DNA of 64,000 nt from Blastocystis sp. Blastoise (Eukaryota > Protista > Bigyra: Opalinata), in contig JBBPEB010000032.1 of assembly GCA_039096225.1 (NCBI GenBank), positions 744,001 through 808,000 on the forward strand, in the 5' to 3' direction. A program made the position numbers and the translations under genes. The notes beneath the pieces were generated by a model. The model worked only from the letters and a program-made list of their open reading frames with translations, was not told the DNA's origin and did not search any database. Positions 56,769 to 64,000 of the stretch are shown in pieces; within the stretch, counting starts at the first letter, position 1; each line of letters opens with the position of its first letter.

Positions 56769-58509
56769 ATGAATGAATTTTTAGAAGAGATACATAGCAA
56801 TATACTTCAGTTGCCAACAAAAGCATATGGCCATCCACTTTGTGCAAGAACAAAAAGAAATGATCTCTTTTATATGTCAGGTGAGAATGAAATGACATTT
56901 TATTCCTCTAGAAATGATATTGAGAATACTCAAACATTCGAGATGCCATTAAATGCATCTTCTATTGTTGGGATGTCACTAAATGCAAAAGATGATATTC
57001 TAATCATATGGAGTAATGATGAAATATATGGAGTATTCATGTCTTCTACAAGTTCTTTATTATTGAAAACAAAACAAGCCATTCAATTTCCTTCTCCATT
57101 GTATATATTGTATTTTTAATTTGCTATTACATTTTATTTTAAATTTATTTTATGTTATCTTGAATCATAACGTATAATATATATATATCTAGAGTAAAAA
57201 AGTTAGATATTTCTCAGGTTGGTGAAATCTTAAGTGTTATTTGGTATCCAACAAATCCATATGAATTACTTATATTATTAAATCAAAATAGAATATATAA
57301 ATATAATTTTATGGAATCTTTGTCAAGTCAGTCATTATTTATACATGATCGCATGGAATCTACCTTAATTCACGAAGAGAATAAACAATTATTATCTATC
57401 TCATTTATGGGTAAATTTGGTGTTTCTCAATTTCAATTATTATGTGTATATAATGATTATACAATGTCTATTTATTTCCCTGTTTTTCCAACTTTATATT
57501 CTTATTCAAAACACGACCTACTCAGTATTGTGGATTATTATTGTTGCTTATATGATGAAGAAGAAAAAGATAATTCTATTCTTTCCATTACTCGTGATTT
57601 ACTACATAATTCCCAAGAATATATACCTCCTGAAACGTATATATATTATTTATTTATTCATTTATGAATATATATAGAGTTTTAGAATTAATTGAACCAC
57701 GTATGAGTTCTCCCAATATAATTCTTGCAGATTCCCACGGGAAAAACACATTTCTTATCAAAAAGAAAGAAAATATCATTCAAACTCATATTATTGGTGT
57801 TCCTGGTTTCCCTGATTTCTCGCTTCTCTCTTTATCTATATATTCTCCAACAACTCTTTCTCATGATTTTTACTTATTTCTATATATATCACCTCTTCTT
57901 CTTTCAGATCCCTCTAAAGTATTACTATATATATATATATTTATGATAATAATATTTCTAAACTTTACGTTATATATAATAAGTCTATATATATAGTGTT
58001 TTATGTATATATCTCTTTGTTCACTCCCTACCTGTCCATGGACCCCTATATATATATATCCACCTATTTATTCAACAAATATGATCTATTCTGTTATCAC
58101 TAAAGATTATACGTATATTTATATTGTAGTAGACTTGTTATTATATATATATTTTTTTCTTATATAATAATAATTATTATTATTATACCTATTATTATAC
58201 TTATTATTATTATATCTTATTCAGATTATTTATAAAATTCCCGTGGTTATCTTTATTTTTCTCATCATCTACAATGAAACTCTTATTTAAAGATCCATGT
58301 GACATGAGAACACTATTAGATACTATTCCACAACAATGTACGGTGTATAATTATATTGATTCGAGATTATATTCTATACAGAGTATATTACAAGGCACAA
58401 AAACATCGCTTCAACTTATATATAATCCCTTATCCAATAATAATACCGCCATTCCCATTCCCTCCATTACAGCTCTTATACGTATATATATATATATTAT
58501 ATATATATA

Positions 58510-58566
<57 letters not shown>

Positions 58567-59595
58567 GTTTTTATTATTATTATTATTATTATATACTTAT
58601 ATAGCTGGTCCTTCGTATTATAAACAAAGTAGAACTATACCATTATCTGTATATTTATATCTATATATCTATATGTAAAAGAATACATATATCAATGATA
58701 TATATATAGAGTTATATACAATTCCCGAGTCACGTGTCACTAGAGAAACAGTATTTAATTTATTTAAAACAGTTTAACGGTGATCGAATTAAGTCACTTG
58801 ACGCATTATCAAAATATATTCAAACTATTCATGAACAATATAAAAAGAATTGTATTCATCCTTGTTCTATTATTTCCCGCGGTTTTGAGGATCGTGTTTT
58901 ATCCCTAAAGAATCAATTGAATGGAATACAGGACACTGTTTATACATTACGTTTTAATGCAAATGATTATTATCTCAGAAAAGAAACTATTTATGAGATT
59001 GCAAATACAATTCCTGAAAGAATATTTGAGATAGAAAACGTATATATATAGATATAGATATATAAAGTTTATTTATATATAGAAATTAACATTCTTATCA
59101 AAAACAATAAGTCAAGAGTATATATATATAAGAAAATAAATACATAAAAACTATGTATATATATATATATAGTTCATTAAAACCCCTTCGACATTTATTA
59201 GCGACGTTAAAGGAACGTCTGCCGCTACTGAGGGATCTACTGGATAATGACGCACCCTCATCCCCCAATGTGTCATCGTCTGAGTCACCCGTGTCCCCCA
59301 ACAATGAGCCAATCGTATTTATTGATTTTATAATATTATATTTTATTTGTCATCTAAATTTGTTTCAAATTTATAATAATATATATATATATATATATAT
59401 AGTTGTCTCCACTGCTTGAAGATGATTCATTCCGAAATGCTCTTTTTGAACTACGTTATCAAACACAAAAGTTAAATCAAGAAATTGATAATAATTGTCA
59501 ACTCTTAGATGTATATATATATTTTATTATTATGTATTATTATATATATTACTATATATTATATATAGGAAATAATACAGAGTGATATTGATTAA
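56769..59595 (+). CDS. Nup88/Nup82-like nucleoporin
   Basis: IVGMSLNAKDDILIIW and ILSVIWYPTNPYELLILLNQNRIYKYN beta-propeller motifs plus a C-terminal coiled-coil-like region. Confidence 0.55.
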
Positions 59596-60229
59596 ATAGA
59601 TTTATATATATATATATGTACTCTTTCTTTTCTTCATTCTTTTCTTTTCTCTTTTTTCTGTTATTCTATTATATGTTCATTATTTGTTTAGAGTATTTTT
59701 ATTTTATATTTAAATCTATGTATCTTATTGTTTTGTTTATCTATATATATAATCATTATTATCTTTATATCTTTATACTATATTATTATTTATTTTGAGA
59801 AAATAGATTTTCTGCCAAATAGCGTGTATAAATGAACCAATGATAATACCAATACAATAATATCTATATTTTACTATAATAATAAAATAAGACTGTAGTT
59901 TTCAGAATTCATATATATAAAAGATTTCACAAAGTGTTCAACAATAAATAAAGATTCTATTAAATTATGAACTCTTTTTTTATCTATACATTTTTTCAGT
60001 TGATAATCGAATTTCTGTATAATGTAATAGAATGTATAGTGATCATAAATATCCTAAGAAGAATGAATAGAAAAAGAAGTGTTTTATCTTGTGTCTTACC
60101 AATATAACTCATTAACAAAACATAATAATATATATTACATTAAACAGAATTATGTGAACAGATAGATAAAAATCAAAATTATAATAATTAAATATAATAT
60201 ATATATAAAATAGTGTTTAATATATTTTT

Positions 60230-61612
60230 TTACTTTGTATATTTATAATGATCATCATCAGTTTGATATATAAGACCAGTATCATTCAAATACTGTATAG
60301 CCTCTCTATATATAATATTAATAAGTATAATAATAATAATATATATATATACCTAATTTCTGCTTCCGTGATTCCTTGAGATTTCAAATGATCGACAACC
60401 GCTTTTACTTCTACAGCACCATCATAATACTCCTTCTCCTGTTTAAATAAACCTAATACCTATATTATAATAATAATATAATAATAATAATTATTATTAT
60501 ATATATATATATATATATATAAGCATAATAATAAACATAATAATCAATTATAATATAATAATAAACATAAAATATATAAATATAGAAAATGATAATAGTC
60601 AGTATATACAAGTTCTTGAACTGTATTAGTAGTAGTAGTAGAACTAGCGACAGATGCATACATCGTAGAAGCGCCATAAGGAGAGGTGGCGGGAACAGAA
60701 AAGGAGGGAGCTATAGAAGGATTTGAGATAGCCTATATAGAATAGTATATAATAATATATAATAATATATAATAATATATAATATATAATAACAATAACA
60801 TATAATATATAATAACATATAATATATAATAATAATAACATATAACATATAATAACATATAACATATAATATATATACATCTGGTTGTTCCACTTGTACT
60901 CTAGTTCTCTTTAAGTGATTTGCTATGACATTTAATATATGATGATTAACTTCATTAAAGGAATCTATTACATGGATTTCAAATACAGATATAAAAGGTA
61001 ATTGATTAAAGGATTTTATTGAACCAAATACACGTACATATGAACCCTCATGTATAGTAGAAGAGAGAGCAGCTTCAGGAGATCCTTCTTCAGCCCATTT
61101 TTTAGCTTCAATTCTACCTGTACCATCTTCTAATAAATAAACAACATTTGTTGTTTTAGAAGTACATTCAACAACAGATGCAACAAGAGTAATCTAAAAA
61201 TAATTTATATAATAAAATGAAAAAGAACATAGTGTTGCAGAAAAATAGCATAATTTAAATATCAAATATAAATTTAAAAAAAAACTATATACAGTAGATA
61301 ATTCATGACCATCTAAAATAAATCTTGACTCATCTCCAGGAACAGCAGCAGCATGAATCATTTTAATATTTACAGGAATCAAAGATTGATTTTCATAATT
61401 CTAAAGAGAAAAAAAAAGAGAATGTTATTCATTTTTGTTAAAATGAAATTGAATATACTTTTTGTTTTGAAGGAGAAGTTGTCGCTGCTCCAGATCCATA
61501 ATTTGAATTGTTGGGAGTAGCACTACCACCATTTTGATTGCCACCATAAGAGTAATCATTATAAGCTATTTCATTTAATTGATTTTGAATTATATATACC
61601 ATTGTATTCCAT
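60230..61612 (-). CDS. RPA2: Replication protein A 32-kDa subunit
   Basis: G/S/N-rich N-tail, QSLIPVNIKMI, YLLEDGTGRIEAKKW, YVRVFGSIKSF, SFNEVNHHILNVI, winged-helix end AIQYLNDTGLIYQTDDDHYK. Confidence 0.92.
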
Positions 61613-61689
61613 ATTTATATATCTTTATGTAATAAAAATTGAGTATAAATGAAAGTATTTGAAACAAATCAATTATGAATAGAAAATAC

Positions 61690-61697
61690 GCGGGAAA
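61690..61697 (+). promoter_or_regulatory. E2F-type site GCGGGAAA in the RPA2/BRAP2 divergent promoter
   Basis: Exact TTTCCCGC on the minus strand, ~80 nt upstream of the RPA2 ATG, in a CG-poor background. Confidence 0.5.
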
Positions 61698-61886
61698 GTC
61701 TTCTCAAAAACGGAGTTTTTTTATTGACGAAGTATCGTAGAAATCCGAGAATCGTGAGAATACGCAGTTTTAAGCCGAGAAATAAAGCAGATTCAAGGAA
61801 ACACCCAAAAAGATTTTTAATTGATAAACGTCTTCTTTTTTGTATGTTTGTAATAATTATATAGAGTTGATTCTATTTAGGTCTGC

Positions 61887-64000
61887 ATGTATCATATTGT
61901 ACTTTCAATAGACGAGAAAAAATCAATGTTTCATTATCCCTCATTTATGGATGACAAAGATCCAGATCAGTATTTGATTATTTATTAGTTTATTTATGTT
62001 TTATAAATATACGACATATATTATAGAATACCAAATAGTCAGAATCAAGTGATTGATAATGTAGAGTATGTTTTTTCATATGAATTTATGATATATGAAT
62101 ATATTCAAATAGGTCTACGACTCCGAATATATTGAGATTTGTTCGTAATGGAGTGGATTGTGCTGATCTTTTGTGTGATGTCCATTTTTTTCGAGGAGAT
62201 ACGTCATTTCACTCAAATGTATTTATGCACACGACTGTACTTTGTGCTATTGCTGTTCCTTCTGATATGAGTATGGACGACTTCCTTGATTTCATATGTC
62301 CTTATACAAATACGATTTCTTGTGTACGTTTCTTAAGGTAATTTTTACAAATAGATATGTTTTTATTGTTTATTTTAAAATATATTTTTAGAACAGGAAA
62401 TGCAGAATATTACGGTGTTTTGATCGAATGTAAAAATGAAGATTATTGTAATTCGCTATATAGTTATATAAATGGAGCTGTTTTTCCTTATCAGAATAAT
62501 AAGATATGCCATTTAGTGTTTGTGGATAGTATTAATTATCATGTATTGATTTTATGTTATATTTTTATTATAAATTTTTATTTCTTAATAAATGTATATA
62601 AAGAAAAAAATCACTCAAGATACTCAAATAGATGTCGATAATGCTTCTGTGATTCCCGTGGATATTCGTACATTTAACAGTGTTTATTCTTCTTCTACTT
62701 CTGCATTTGTTCTCCTTCGAGATCTCTACCCCAATATTCATGAACTTCCTCCTTGTTGTATATGCTTAGAACGAATGGATACAGCTATCACATGTCTTGC
62801 TGTCACTTTTTGTATATATATACTTTTATATATGTATATATAATTATTTTTTATTATTTTATTATTATATTTTTTTTTATTGTTTATTGTTTTTATATGT
62901 TTATATATTTAAATTGATATATTAATTGATGTTATAATATATATATATATATATAGGTGGTCATGTATATCATTGTGATTGTATTTCTCAATGGACTAAC
63001 CCTCATTGTCCTATATGCAAATGTCTACAAGGAAAAGAAACACATACTGTTTGTAGTGTATATTTTATTATTATTATATTTATTATTATATTTATGTTTA
63101 TTAATATATTTATTATTATGTTTATTATTATTTCTTATTATTATTTATTAGTATTATATACCTATTATTATTTATTATTATTATATTTATTATTATATTT
63201 TATTATTATTATTTATTATTATTATATTTATTATTATATTTATTATTATATTTATTATTATTATTATTATTATTATCTCTTATACTAATTATTACTACTA
63301 GGTGTGTGGTTGTTTGAATGATTTATGGATATGTGCTATATGTGGATATATAGGATGTAGTCGTTATAAAGGAGGACATGCTTATCAACATTATATAGAT
63401 ACTAAACATGTATATACTATAGAGATAGAAACACAGAGTATATGGGATTATAGTCAAGATCGATATATACATCGTCTTATCAGAAATCAAAGTGATGGAA
63501 AAATTATTGCGTTACCTTCAACAGATGAAGTAAACAGATTTTTATATATATTTATTATTTTATTCCTTTTATTTTCTTGTAATATTTCACTTTTCTTTAT
63601 GTTTTTCCAAGTTATTTTAACTGTTGTTTATATATGTTTAGAAAAATAATTTTATTACCGTCATTCTAATTATATAGAATATACATTATTATGTATATAT
63701 GTTTTATATAGGTAGTAGAAGAGAATTATCGAATGAGTAAAAAAGAAATGATACAAGCAGAAGAATTCGAAAAGTTATGTATTGTACAATTAGACTCTCA
63801 AAAAAGTTTTTATGATAATCAAATACAAACCTTATTAAGAGAAAAAGAAACCATTCAAAAGAAATATGAAGTATATATATATTATATATAATTAAAAATA
63901 ATTTATATATAAAAATCATTTATATATGATTAACAATCATTTATATATAATTAAAAAACATTTATATAGAACTCGAATAATGAGTCGATAACATTAAGAT
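61887..64000 (+). CDS. BRAP: BRCA1-associated protein BRAP2/IMP-like E3 (RRM-like, RING, ZnF-UBP, coiled coil); 3' truncated
   Basis: LCAIAVPSDMSMDDFLDF, ELPPCCICLERMD..C.H.YHCDC..W..CPIC, LWICAICGYIGCSRYKGGHAYQHY..IWDYSQDRYIHRLIRNQSDGK, QLDSQK.FY. Confidence 0.93.

Overview
Very AT-rich, intron-dense eukaryotic (protist) DNA; no prokaryotic features, rRNA/tRNA, CRISPR or recognisable transposon. The standard genetic code, fused DHFR-TS, short GT-AG introns and BTB-TLDc paralogues suggest a Blastocystis-like stramenopile (inference only). About 20 spliced genes can be reconstructed: UBR1-like E3, an APC13-like small gene, CYTH/thiamine triphosphatase, DHFR-TS, STN1, two UBL...LRR proteins, two BTB-TLDc, a BTB-LRR-like gene, an AN1 zinc finger with CaaX, FIBP, Nup88-like, RPA2 and BRAP2. 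Most short ORFs in the track are microsatellite artefacts or single exons. Main discovery: a ~4.2 kb three-gene block is present twice in inverted orientation (~10710-14894 and 49731-~53990). The exons are almost identical, yet the copies differ by nine precise intron presence/absence polymorphisms: DHFR-TS has 3 introns only in copy A and 4 only in copy B, and the APC13-like gene has 2 only in copy A. Intron turnover here appears to outrun nucleotide substitution. Several introns in the window are nothing more than G(TA)nG. All alignments and gene models were made by eye.
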